From assembly GCA_032718475.1 (NCBI GenBank), contig JAUCBJ010005785.1, positions 1 to 64,000 on the forward strand: a DNA stretch of 64,000 nucleotides. The letters run 5' to 3'. Below the pieces are notes generated by a model. That model did not search any database and was not told the DNA's origin. It worked only from the letters and a program-made list of their open reading frames with translations. Positions 12,918 through 25,872 of the stretch are shown here, piece by piece; within the stretch, counting starts at the first letter, position 1, and each line of letters opens with the position of its first letter. The position numbers were made by a program, and so were the translations under genes. Source of the stretch: Nemertoderma westbladi. Lineage: Eukaryota; Animalia; Xenacoelomorpha.

Positions 12918-13130
12918 TTACACAGCTCGCACCATCCGCTCAGTGTCCCCATTGGGTACACCGGCTCCGGTCACTATCATGTTGTGTTGGACATTTGTTG
13001 TAGACCGTCGACAACAGCAGCACCAACAACAAAGGCAACATAACAGGATGAGAACAATAGATCCACAAGCAATCCCAATTATCGCACTTACCGCAAGGCC
13101 TCCAGCTGCAACTGAACCCGACCCATCCAT
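12918..13130 (-). CDS. Small 70-aa single-pass Cys-rich membrane protein, paralogue of 6909-7324
   Basis: ATG-initiated ORF with TM helix AIIGIACGSIVLILL, then CCLCCWCCCCRRSTTNV, matching CCCYCCCCRRRTTNV of the upstream paralogue. Confidence 0.7.
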   Translation of the reverse strand: MDGSGSVAAGGLAVSAIIGIACGSIVLILLCCLCCWCCCCRRSTTNVQHNMIVTGAGVPNGDTERMVRAV

Positions 13131-14598
13131 TATTTATTTCTGTTAATGAATACCTCGAGCTAAACACTTAATACTATTAATATTAAGAATCAGTAGGTAG
13201 TTTTATTCAGTTAACAATTCCTGTTATTATATATCACTAAACTGACATGGAAATTGAAAACTGAAATATAATTATTGAATTGATTGGTCTGACCTTGTGT
13301 GTTGTCCCTTGGATATCCGTCAATGTGACCAGATTCGAGCTACATATAAATACCGGTCCATTAGGTTTTTGCACTAAATGATTGAATGAGGATTCGGCAC
13401 TTCAGTAATAGACATAACAGTACCGGTGGTATAATAATGGTCAGCATACAAGTGAGTGGCATCACTAGGTCAGTCCGATACCCTTAATATACTTTGAGCC
13501 TTAATTTATAATGTTATGAGTGGAGATTATGGTAGAAATCGAAAAGTACTACACTGTTCCTACTACATGTGCTTACTACAGACTACGGCGTAGACAATAC
13601 ACAGGGCGGGAATGCTAGACCATCTATCGCGTTAATGCGTCAAGTGTAATATTTTAATTATTATTATATGTAATAATGTTAACTTAAATGTATATTAATA
13701 TTTTAATAACGAACAGAACTTAATGCTTATTCAATTGCCGCGCTCTCCCTACAAACTAACTTATACCAAATAATACCAACCCTTTACATTATTCTAAATT
13801 ACCGTTGGGGGGGGGGGGGGGGGGGGGGGAGTCTGAAAGAATAAGTAAATACTGTAGGCCTAAGGTGATAATTAAATAACGGGTATACCACCCCATGTTA
13901 CTTACATGAGACAAGAACGTATCTCTTTATACTATAGCAGATACAAAGAGCATGGAAATTAATATGATGAAAGCCCCACCCAACCAAACATTTGAATAGC
14001 AAGATGTTTATTACAACTCTGTTAATTTCCTAACAAGCACTCAGACTGAACTGGCATTGACCTAAGGATGCAATAATAAGGTAATAAGGTGAGAAGTTAT
14101 TCATCTGACTGTCTTGGACTCGAAGTAGCCTTCTATAATTATATTACTTTATTATATTACTGTATTTGTCAATTTTAAACCTGTGACGGCTTTACTGTAA
14201 CCGCCATATTTTCATTTCTGGGGTTAACATTTGTACTTCACTCAGAAATGGCATTCTGTGGGTTGCATTTTCACTTCATCATTACATAGCAACACTCTTA
14301 TTTTTTTATTTATTTTACAAACTCCACTGTTTAAATTCGTGAACGTATTAAAGTTAGTTTTGGGCAAATGAAGAATACAAGGCTTTCTCTTTTCGGTCGG
14401 AATTAGATTGAAAATTTATATATGAAGAATTTTTATTATTTAAATTTATCCTTATAAGTGATTTATAACGCTTATTTATATCTTATAAACGTTTACAGCC
14501 CTTCTGTAACCTGCGTTTTTAGTGAAAACCAGGTATCCTTCACATGGTAATATATCATCAGAAAGTGTGGATTACTGTGCCGTTAGTTATTTAGTATC

Positions 14599-14851
14599 GC
14601 CCATGTTAAGAATACCAGGATTTCACTTTTCGGTCGACTTTTTATTGGAATTTTATAAGAAGATTTTTTTTTTTTTTTAATTAATTGTTTTATGGCGCTT
14701 ATTTCTGTCTTATAACCTGTACATCTAATAATTCGTTTATTGTTTTGATTAAATTCAGCCCTTCTGTAACCTGTGGTTTTTGGTGAAAACCAAAACAGTA
14801 ACTGCAAAGTGAAATATAACGGCAGAAAGTCTGGTATTCTTCACATGGGCC
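14599..14851. mobile_element. MITE with TIR GCCCATGTGAAGAATACCAG
   Basis: TIRs at both ends. Same family at 34269-35161, with partial copies near 14500-14546 and 28040-28260. Confidence 0.7.
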
Positions 14852-14927
14852 TTTAGTATTGTAAATGGTGTAGCAAATATTTATTCTAGATTTTATTTTG
14901 AAAATTAAAACTAACGCTATTTGTATT

Positions 14928-15925
14928 ATCAGAAGGATACGCAAGGAGAAGGCATGGGCAGCGTTAAATAGTCTGTTTGGAAGTGCCATAGAATAAAACG
15001 GAACCTTAAGGTTCGATTATTTACGGCAGTAGTAGTACCAGTACTCTTATGTGAGTCCATGCTGGGCTCTAACTGCAGAGGATACCAAATCTCTGGATGA
15101 TAATTGATGTTAACGACATACTGACTAACAGGGGGTTGGTATGTATATATTAAATTAAATTAAAGGAAGAACAGGAGTCTTACACCCCCAATAAAAAATA
15201 TAGAATCAGGACATTTAGCCCAAAATATTTCTCGACCCCTAGGGTCATCGAAAGAACAACAAACACACAAACACAAACACAAACAAATATAAATACATGC
15301 TAAACATACAGGTATTGTCATATATTTTCTTATAGAATATAGGCTTAGCTATTGTGCAGTTTATTAACGGTATCATTTAGTGTATGGCGGGTAGGCTTAG
15401 GGTTAGGGTTGCGACACATACCTGTATGTTTAGCATGTATTTATATTTGTTTGTGTTTGTGTGTTTGTTGTTCTTTCGATGACCCTAGGGGTCGAGAAAT
15501 ATTTTGGGCTAAATGTCCTGATTCTATATTTTTTATTGGGGGTGTAAGACTCCTGTTCTTCCTTTAATTTAATTTAAAAATCTCTGGATGGCACTTTCAC
15601 AAGAATGGTGCGCCGGGTTCATTGTGTCAAGTACAATGAAAACATCTCCAATCAGACTCTATAGAACCTTGGATGTATTTTATTAGTCTCCCCTAGCTTG
15701 ATACTTGAATGGAACCGCCTCCGCTTTGTAGGACATTCCTTTCGCCGTGAGGACCAGCCAGTGCATAATCTTGTGCTATGGCGGTCCCATGGAGTGAATA
15801 AGCATGGTGGACAGTTCATGACTTTCTTGAGACGCATCTTAAAGGACAATAACCTTAAAGATGCGAATGATCTATCAAATATCATGGGTGATAGGGAGTT
15901 GTGGAGACGCAATTTTGTCGACAAG
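14928..15925 (+). mobile_element. RTE LINE 3' fragment, interrupted by a palindromic insertion
   Basis: Degenerate KAWAALNSL..GTFTRM..RLRFVGHSF..DRELWRR; interrupted at 15100-15577. Confidence 0.85.
15150..15577. mobile_element. Near-perfect palindromic insertion (arms about 165 bp; TTAAAGG...CCTTTAA ends)
   Basis: Arms are near-exact reverse complements around a spacer of about 100 bp containing (TTAGGG)2. Host sequence AAATCTCTGGATG is duplicated at 15087-15099 and 15578-15590. Confidence 0.85.
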
Positions 15926-16141
15926 CTCTTCAATTATCCTTCTAAGTGCCAAAATGGGCTCCATGGTCCCACGACCTTTACGGAACCCATTCTTATTTCC
16001 ACGGAGCAGTCTCTCAATGGGATCCCTGATGCGATTTAATAGAATTCTATTGTATAGCTTTGAAGCAATCGAGATCAATGAGATTCCCCGAAAAGAACCA
16101 TAGAGTGTTAGGTTGCCCTTCTTGGGAACTGGCACCAACTT
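15926..16141 (-). mobile_element. RTE LINE fragment, N-terminal part of the RT domain
   Basis: LVPVPKKGNL..RGISLISIASKLYNRILLNRI..NGFRKGRGT..ILALRRIIE. Confidence 0.88.
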
Positions 16142-16209
16142 ATTTGTTTTCATTTCTTGTGGGACTCTTGTTGTTCGGTACATGTCTACTATGATGGGAT
16201 AGATGAGCT

Positions 16210-19200
16210 TCAGTACACTATGGACAGCACACTACTGTACAGTTCTACATTACACACAAGTACTTTAAACAATAAGGGTCAGCACACCAAGGACAGCACC
16301 CTACTGTACGGTTCTACATTACACACAAGTACGTTAAACAATTAGGGCCAGCACACCAAGGACAGCACCCTACTGTACGGTTCTACATTACACACAAGTA
16401 CGTTAAACAATTCGGGACAGCACACCATGGACAGCATCCTACTGTACAGTTCTACATTACACACAAGTACGTTAAACAATTAGGGCCAGCACACCAAGGA
16501 CAGCACCCTACTGTACAGTTCTACATTACATATAAGTACGTTAAACAATTCGGGACAGCACACCAAGGACAGCACCCTACTGTACAGTTCTACATTACAC
16601 ACAAGTACGTTAAACAATTAGGGCCAGCACACCAAGGACAGCACCCTACTGTACAGTTCTACATTACACACATGTACTTTAAACAATTAGGGTCAGCACA
16701 CCAAGGACAGCACCCTACTGTACGGTTCTACATTACACACAAGTACGTTAAACAATTAGGGTCAGCACACCAAGGACAGCGCCCTACTGTACAGTTCTAC
16801 ATTACACACAAGTACGTTAAACAATTCAGGTCAGCACACCAAGGACAGCACCCTACTGTACGGTTCTACATTACACACGAGTACGTTAAACAATTCGGGT
16901 CAGTACACTATGGACAGCACCCTACTGTACAATTCTACATTACACACAAGCACGTTAAACATTTAGGGTCAGCACACCAAGGACAGCACCCTACTCTACA
17001 GTTCTATATTACACACAAGTACGTTAAACAATTCGGGACAGCACACCAAGGACAGCACCCTACTGTACAGTTCTACATTACACACAAGTACGTTAAACAA
17101 TTCGGGACAGCACACCAAGGACAGCACCCTACTGTACAGTTCTACATTACACACGAGTACGTTAAACAATTCGGGTCAGTACACTATGGACAGCACCCTA
17201 CTGTACAATTCTACATTACACACAAGCACGTTAAACATTTAGGGTCAGCACACCAAGGACAGCACCCTACTCTACAGTTCTACATTACACACAAGTACGT
17301 TAAACAATTCGGGACAGCACACCAAGGACAGCACCCTACTGTACAGTTCTACATTACACACAAGTACGTTAAACAATTCGGGACAGCACACCAAGGACAG
17401 CACCCTACTGTACAGTTCTACATTACACACAAGTACGTTAAACAATTCGGGACAGCACACCATGGACAGCACCCTACTCTACAGTTCTACATTACACACA
17501 AGTATGTTAAACAATTCGGGACAGCACACCAAGGACAGCACCCTACTGTACAGTTCTACATTACATATAAGTACGTTAAACAATTCGGGACAGCACACCA
17601 AGGACAGCACCCTACTGTACAGTTCTACATTACACACAAGTACGTTAAACAATTCGGGACAGCACACCATGGACAGCACCCTACTCTACAGTTCTACATT
17701 ACACACAAGTATGTTAAACAATTCGGGACAGCACACCAAGGACAGCACCCTACTGTACAGTTCTACATTACATATAAGTACGTTAAACAATTCGGGACAG
17801 CACACCAAGGACAGCACCCTACTGTACAGTTCTACATTACACACAAGTATGTTAAACAATTCGGGACAGCACACCAAGGACAGCACCCTACTGTACGGTT
17901 CTACATTACACACAAGTACGTTAAACAATTAGGGTCAGCACACCAAGGACAGCACCCTACTGTACGGTTCTACATTACACACAAGTATGTTAAACAATTC
18001 GGGACAGCACACCAAGGACAGCACACTACTGTACAGTTCTACATTACACACAAGTACGTTAAACAATTCGGGACAGCACACCAAGGACAGCACCCTACTG
18101 TACAGTTCTACATTACACACAAGTATGTTAAACAATTCGGGACAGCACACCAAGGACAGCACACTACTGTACAGTTCTACATTACACACAAGTACGTTAA
18201 ACAATTCGGGACAGCACACCAAGGACAGCACCCTACTGTACGGTTCTACATTACACACAAGTACGTTAAACAATTCGGGTCAGCACACCAAGGACAGCAC
18301 CCTACTCTACAGTTCTACATTACACACAAGTACGTTAAACAATTCAGGTCAGCACACCAAGGACAGCACCCTACTGTACGGTTCTACATTACACACGAGT
18401 ACGTTAAACAATTCGGGACAGCACACCAAGGACAGCACCCTACTGTACAGTTCTACATTACACACAAGTACGTTAAACAATTCGGGACAGCACACTAAGG
18501 ACAGCACCCTACTCTACAGTTCTACATTACACACAAGTATGTTAAACAATTCGGGACAGCACACTAAGGACAGCACCCTACTCTACAGTTCTACATTACA
18601 CACAAGTATGTTAAACAATTCGGGACAGCACACCAAGGACAGCACCCTACTGTACAGTTCTACATTACACACAAGTACGTTAAACAATTCGGGACAGCAC
18701 ACCAAGGACAGCACCCTACTGTACAGTTCTACATTACACACAAGTACGTTAAACAATTCGGGACAGCACACCAAGGACAGCACCCTACTGTACAGTTCTA
18801 CATTACACACAAGTACGTTAAACAATTCGGGACAGCACACCAAGGACAGCACCCTACTCTACAGTTCTACATTACACACAAGTATGTTAAACAATTCGGG
18901 ACAGCACACCAAGGACAGCACACTACTGTACAGTTCTACATTACACACAAGTACGTTAAACAAGTCGGGTCAGCACACCAAGGACAGCACCCTACTGTAC
19001 AGTTCTACATTACTCACAAGTACGTTAAACAATTAGGGCCAGCACACCAAGGACAGCACCCTACTGTACAGTTCTACATTACACACAAGTATGTTAAACA
19101 ATTCGGGACAGCACACCAAGGACAGCACCCTACTGTACAGTTCTACATTACACACAAGTACGTTAAACAATTCGGGTCAGCACACCAAGGACAGCACCCT

Positions 19201-22200
19201 ACTGTACAGTTCTACATTACACACAAGTACGTTAAACAATTCGGGTCAGCACACCAAGGACAGCACCCTACTGTACAGTTCTACATTACACACAAGTACG
19301 TTAAACAATTCGGGACAGCACACCAAGGACAGCACCCTACTGTACAGTTCTACATTACACACAAGTATGTTAAACAATTCGGGACAGCACACCAAGGACA
19401 GCACCCTACTGTACAGTTCTACATTACACACAAGTACGTTAAACAATTCGGGACAGCACACCAAGGACAGCACCCTACTGTACAGTTCTACATTACACAC
19501 AAGTACGTTAAACAATTCGGGACAGCACACCAAGGACAGCACCCTACTGTACAGTTCTACATTACACACAAGTATGTTAAACAATTCGGGACAGCACACC
19601 AAGGACAGCACCCTACTGTACAGTTCTACATTACACACAAGTATGTTAAACAATTCGGGACAGCACACCAAGGACAGCACCCTACTGTACAGTTCTACAT
19701 TACACACAAGTACGTTAAACAATTATGGTCAGCACACCATGGACAGCACCCTACTGTACAGTTCTACATTACACACAAGTATGTTAAACAATTCGGGACA
19801 GCACACCAAGGACAGCACCCTACTGTACAGTTCTACATTACACACAAGTACGTTAAACAATTCGGGACAGCACACCAAGGACAGCACCCTACTGTACAGT
19901 TCTACATTACACACAAGTACGTTAAACAATTCGGGACAGCACACCAAGGACAGCACCCTACTGTACAGTTCTACATTACACACAAGTACGTTAAACAATT
20001 CGGGACAGCACACCAAGGACAGCACCCTACTGTACAGTTCTACATTACACACAAGTATGTTAAACAATTCGGGACAGCACACCAAGGACAGCACCCTACT
20101 GTACAGTTCTACATTACACACAAGTATGTTAAACAATTCGGGACAGCACACCAAGGACAGCACCCTACTGTACAGTTCTACATTACACACAAGTACGTTA
20201 AACAATTATGGTCAGCACACCATGGACAGCACCCTACTGTACAGTTCTACATTACACACAAGTACGTTAAACAATTATGGTCAGCACACCATGGACAGCA
20301 CACTACTGTACAGTTCTACATTACACACAAGTACGTTAAACAATTATGGTCAGCCCACCATGGACAGCACCCTACTGTACAGTTCTACATTACACACAAG
20401 TACGTTAAACAATTCGGGAAAGCACACCAAGGACAGCACCCTACTGTACAGTTCTACATTACACACAAGTATGTTAAACAATTCGGGACAGCACACCAAG
20501 GACAGCACCCTACTGTACAGTTCTACATTACACACAAGTACGTTAAACAATTATGGTCAGCCCACCATGGACAGCACCCTACTGTACAGTTCTACATTAC
20601 ACACAAGTACGTTAAACAATTCGGGAAAGCACACCAAGGACAGCACCCTACTGTACAGTTCTACATTACACACAAGTACGTTAAACAATTCGGGACAGCA
20701 CACCAAGGACAGCACCCTACTGTACAGTTCTACATTACACACAAGTACGTTAAACAATTCGGGACAGCACACCAAGGACAGCACCCTACTGTACAGTTCT
20801 ACATTACACACAAGTACGTTAAACAATTATGGTCAGCCCACCATGGACAGCACCCTACTGTACAGTTCTACATTACACACAAGTACGTTAAACAATTCGG
20901 GAAAGCACACCAAGGACAGCACCCTACTGTACAGTTCTACATTACACACAAGTATGTTAAACAATTCGGGACAGCACACCAAGGACAGCACCCTACTGTA
21001 CAGTTCTACATTACACACAAGTACGTTAAACAATTATGGTCAGCCCACCATGGACAGCACCCTACTGTACAGTTCTACATTACACACAAGTACGTTAAAC
21101 AATTCGGGAAAGCACACCAAGGACAGCACCCTACTGTACAGTTCTACATTACACACAAGTACGTTAAACAATTATGGTCAGCCCACCATGGACAGCACCC
21201 TACTGTACAGTTCTACATTACACACAAGTACGTTAAACAATTATGGTCAGCCCACCATGGACAGCACCCTACTGTACAGTTCTACATTACACACAAGTAC
21301 GTTAAACAATTCGGGAAAGCACACCAAGGACAGCACCCTACTGTACAGTTCTACATTACACACAAGTATGTTAAACAATTCGGGACAGCACACCAAGGAC
21401 AGCACCCTACTGTACAGTTCTACATTACACACAAGTACGTTAAACAATTATGGTCAGCCCACCATGGACAGCACCCTACTGTACAGTTCTACATTACACA
21501 CAAGTACGTTAAACAATTCGGGAAAGCACACCAAGGACAGCACCCTACTGTACAGTTCTACATTACACACAAGTATGTTAAACAATTCGGGACAGCACAC
21601 CAAGGACAGCACCCTACTGTACAGTTCTACATTACACACAAGTACGTTAAACAATTCGGGACAGCACACCAAGGACAGCACCCTACTGTACAGTTCTACA
21701 TTACACACAAGTACGTTAAACAATTATGGTCAGCACACCATGGACAGCACACTACTGTACAGTTCTACATTACACACAAGTACGTTAAACAATTATGGTC
21801 AGCCCACCATGGACAGCACCCTACTGTACAGTTCTACATTACACACAAGTACGTTAAACAATTCGGGACAGCACACCAAGGACAGCACCCTACTGTACAG
21901 TTCTACATTACACACAAGTACGTTAAACAATTATGGTCAGCCCACCATGGACAGCACCCTACTGTACAGTTCTACATTACACACAAGTACGTTAAACAAT
22001 TCGGGAAAGCACACCAAGGACAGCACCCTACTGTACAGTTCTACATTACACACAAGTATGTTAAACAATTCGGGACAGCACACCAAGGACAGCACCCTAC
22101 TGTACAGTTCTACATTACACACAAGTACGTTAAACAATTCGGGACAGCACACCAAGGACAGCACCCTACTGTACAGTTCTACATTACACACAAGTACGTT

Positions 22201-23423
22201 AAACAATTATGGTCAGCACACCATGGACAGCACCCTACTGTACAGTTCTACATTACACACAAGTATGTTAAACAATTCGGGACAGCACACCAAGGACAGC
22301 ACCCTACTGTACAGTTCTACATTACACACAAGTACGTTAAACAATTAGGGTCAGCACACCAAGGACAGCACCCTACTGTACGGTTCTAAATTACACACAA
22401 GCACGTTAAACAATTCGGGACAGCACACCAAGGACAGCACCCTACTGTACAGTTCTACATTACACACAAGTACTTTAAACAATTCGGGACAGCACACCAA
22501 GGACAGCACCCTACTGTACAGTTCTACATTACACACAAGTACGTTAAACAATTATGGTCAGCACACCATGGACAGCACCCTACTGTACAGTTCTACATTA
22601 CACACAAGTATTTTAAATAATTCGGGACAGCACACCAAGGACAGCACCCTACTGTACAGTTCTACATTACACACAAGTACGTTAAACAATTCGGGACAGC
22701 ACACCAAGGACAGCACCCTACTGTACAGTTCTACATTACACACAAGTACGTTAAACAATTATGGTCAGCCCACCATGGACAGCACCCTACTGTACAGTTC
22801 TACATTACACACAAGTATGTTAAACAATTCGGGACAGCACACCAAGGACAGCACCCTACTGTACAGTTCTACATTACACACAAGTACGTTAAACAATTAG
22901 GGTCAGCACACCAAGGACAGCACCCTACTGTACGGTTCTACATTACACACAAGTACGTTAAACAATTCGGGTCAGCACACCAAGGACAGCACACTACTGT
23001 ACAGTTCTACATTACACACAAGTACGTTAAACAATTACGGTCAGCACACCAAGGACAGCACCCTACTGTACGGTTCTACATTACACACAAGCACGTTAAA
23101 CAATTAGGATCAGCACACCAAGGACAGCACCCTAATGTACAGTTCTACATTACACACATGTACTTTAAACAATTCGGCTCAGCACACTATGGACAGCACC
23201 CTGCTGTACAATTCTACATTACACACAAGCACGTTAAACAATTAGGATCAGCACACCAAGGACAGCACCCTACTGTACAGTTCTACATTACACACATGTA
23301 CTTTAAACAATTCGGCTCAGCACACCATGGACAGCACCCTACTGTACAGTTCTACATTACACACAAGTACGTTAAACAACAATTCGGGTCAGCACACCAA
23401 GGACAGCACCCTACTATACAGTT
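16210..23423. repeat. Tandem satellite, 69-bp unit, about 104 copies (7.2 kb)
   Basis: Unit CAGCACACCAAGGACAGCACCCTACTGTACAGTTCTACATTACACACAAGTACGTTAAACAATTCGGGA with substitution variants; edges more diverged. Confidence 0.97.
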
Positions 23424-23664
23424 ATACGTTATTTTTTTTATAACTTTCTATTATTATGTGGTTACTATGTATTTATTTATATTGCTACCCATTGAAAGTT
23501 CAGTATTTCAGCCAGCGGTAATGATGGAAGTTAAAATGGTAATTTAAGTAAATTCGAAGATTGTGTAATGATAATAGTAATTTATACTTTGATTTTACCA
23601 CTGGTATGATCTATAGTGTAGGCCATCAGGATATAAAGAATTCTAAAACTATCCCCACTATGTG

Positions 23665-25872
23665 ATGAATTCCAACAATTCCCCCATATTCTCGACTGAC
23701 GCAGTTACCGACTACACTCACCCGGAATTGGTGGATCTCAATACCACGGTAATCAATCAGCCGATCAGGAACTTGAAACGTCGCAATAAGAGACTAAGGG
23801 TTGATTTCGGGTTGTCCAGGAACGGCTACAGCAAACGGAGAGGTCTAGATAACCTCCTAGTGGAACAGCCCCCTCCTGAAAATGGTTGCTATGATTACCA
23901 AATCAACCAATGGTCCCAGCAGTTAACGGAAAACTATGTTAGTTGTAGACCAGCCGATGACGTATTTAAGTCTGACATGGAGTTTGATCAAGATAAAGTG
24001 TATGACCTCAGTATGAAGCCCACCCACAAAACAGTTGAGGACCACAATGTTAAAATAATAAACGTTGATAGTGTCTGCAATTATGAAAGGTTTATTCCCA
24101 TTGAGGGTCCTAGAACTTCTAACAACCACTCCAGTCTAATACATACTGACGTCACAACGGTATCACTCGACACTGATGTTAAACATGGGCATGGATTACA
24201 GAGTCATAGCGGATGTGACGTCATCGAAAGGTATGAGGATGAGAGTATTATCTGTGATGTAACTAAGCCTCTTTATGATAAGCTATGCGTGGATGATGTT
24301 GCAAATACCTTTAATATCGAGCTGACAAAAGATTCCTATAAGATGGCCAATGAAGAGGATTTGGGGAAGTCTTTCCCATTGGCTAACACCCACATCGCCA
24401 CTACCAGCAACACCCCCAGCATCCCCCAATACCTGGATGAGAAAGAAAAGTATATCGCGGAAATACTGCGGATGAAAGAACAACTCCTCGCGTTGGAGGA
24501 AACATTCAGCAGGTTATACGGTGAGGATCCTCCGCATCTGGGTTGTCATGGTAACCGACCAATCCGTCTGGGTAACTATGGTACACAATCAACCCAAGTG
24601 GGTAGCCAGGGTAACCAAACAACACAATTGGGTAGACATGGTAACCAAACAAACCAAATGGGTAGCCATGGCAACGAACCACCCCAAATAGGTTGCTTTG
24701 ATAACCATCCAACCCAGATTGGTAGCCATGGTAACCAATCAACCAAAGTGGGTAGCCATGGCAGCCAACTCGCTCAGCTAGGTAGCCATGACAACAAAGC
24801 CTCGAAGCTTTGTAGCCAGGGCAACCAGCTCTCCCATGGTGTCGGAGAGGATCTAGTTGAGGTTCTTAGCTGCGCCTTAACCAAGGCAGTCGATGGGGCG
24901 TTTAAGAAATACATTCCAATTATTTATAGTAATAATCACATGGGTGTTACGTTACCAGTTGTGTCACCTCCAGCCCAGCGCCATATTGCGCCAACATCAC
25001 GCGACGAGGTTCAGATCATATTGAAACCTGTAGGGGGCGCTGTAGATACGTCAGCATTCAAATGCCGCCCTATTCCATTAATAGAATACCGCCACCAACC
25101 GGTGGAATGCAGTCCCCGGAAACCTCTCGAAGCCCCAGAGCCAATCCCTGTCACTGACCAACCCGCTCGTGTTGATAGCTGCCCGCCTCATAACAACAAG
25201 GTCATGGATATGGTGTCCGCACCCATTCGGCGGTGCCTTCAGGGCGGTTCTGCGCGAGACAAGAAAGCTCAGCGTTTACTGGTTCAACGTCGGTGTCCCG
25301 ATGGTGGTGGTAAAGACAATGTCAAGGTTACAGATAATACGTCAATCCAGACGGCATCCTTCTGGACGTCTAATCTCACCCCCGAACACCTAAAGAAAGC
25401 GAAACTCATGTTCTTTTACACCCGCTATCCAACATCCGCCATGCTGCGAATCAATTTTCCTGATGTCAGATTTACTCGTCACATTAATGCCCAACTCATC
25501 AAATGGTTCAGCAACTTCAGAGAGTACTTTTATATACAGATTGAGAAATTCGCTCGACAATCTGTAGTTGATGGAGCTGCCATTGCTACCGATATCGTGG
25601 TTAACGAGGACTCTGCACTACATAGGGCCTTGAATCTCCATTACAACAAGGCCAATCTGTTACAAATTCCAAAGAGTTTCGTTACAGCTGTTACAACAAC
25701 GACTCAGGAATTTTTCTTTGCCGTTTTTCATAACAAAGATCGCGACCCATCCTGGAAGAAACGAATATACAAGATTATCACCAAATTGGACTGTAGCATT
25801 CCTTTATCATTCCGTTCCCCCAACTTTATGGAAGAGTTAGAGCGTACTTATCAGCATGAGTATACACAATGA
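23665..25872 (+). CDS. pros: Prospero/PROX homeo-prospero transcription factor, single coding exon
   Basis: LTPEHLKKAKLMFFYTRYP..LIKWFSNFREYFYIQIEKFARQ..LNLHYNK..DPSWKKRIYKII homeo-prospero domain; N-terminal KRLRV and MKEQLLALEETF coil. First ATG is 23665 (track starts at GTG 23662). Confidence 0.93.
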   Translation: MNSNNSPIFSTDAVTDYTHPELVDLNTTVINQPIRNLKRRNKRLRVDFGLSRNGYSKRRGLDNLLVEQPPPENGCYDYQINQWSQQLTENYVSCRPADDVFKSDMEFDQDKVYDLSMKPTHKTVEDHNVKIINVDSVCNYERFIPIEGPRTSNNHSSLIHTDVTTVSLDTDVKHGHGLQSHSGCDVIERYEDESIICDVTKPLYDKLCVDDVANTFNIELTKDSYKMANEEDLGKSFPLANTHIATTSNTPSIPQYLDEKEKYIAEILRMKEQLLALEETFSRLYGEDPPHLGCHGNRPIRLGNYGTQSTQVGSQGNQTTQLGRHGNQTNQMGSHGNEPPQIGCFDNHPTQIGSHGNQSTKVGSHGSQLAQLGSHDNKASKLCSQGNQLSHGVGEDLVEVLSCALTKAVDGAFKKYIPIIYSNNHMGVTLPVVSPPAQRHIAPTSRDEVQIILKPVGGAVDTSAFKCRPIPLIEYRHQPVECSPRKPLEAPEPIPVTDQPARVDSCPPHNNKVMDMVSAPIRRCLQGGSARDKKAQRLLVQRRCPDGGGKDNVKVTDNTSIQTASFWTSNLTPEHLKKAKLMFFYTRYPTSAMLRINFPDVRFTRHINAQLIKWFSNFREYFYIQIEKFARQSVVDGAAIATDIVVNEDSALHRALNLHYNKANLLQIPKSFVTAVTTTTQEFFFAVFHNKDRDPSWKKRIYKIITKLDCSIPLSFRSPNFMEELERTYQHEYTQ
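24541..24840 (+). repeat. Coding tandem repeat in Prospero, 10 x 30 bp (GSHGNQxTQx)
   Basis: GCHGNRPIRL GNYGTQSTQV GSQGNQTTQL GRHGNQTNQM GSHGNEPPQI and following units. Confidence 0.85.

Noticed and set aside
16672-23547. 608-aa and 1085-aa repeat ORFs
   Set aside because: Result of a stop-poor 69-bp unit; stops occur in both frames; no unique domains or signal peptide.
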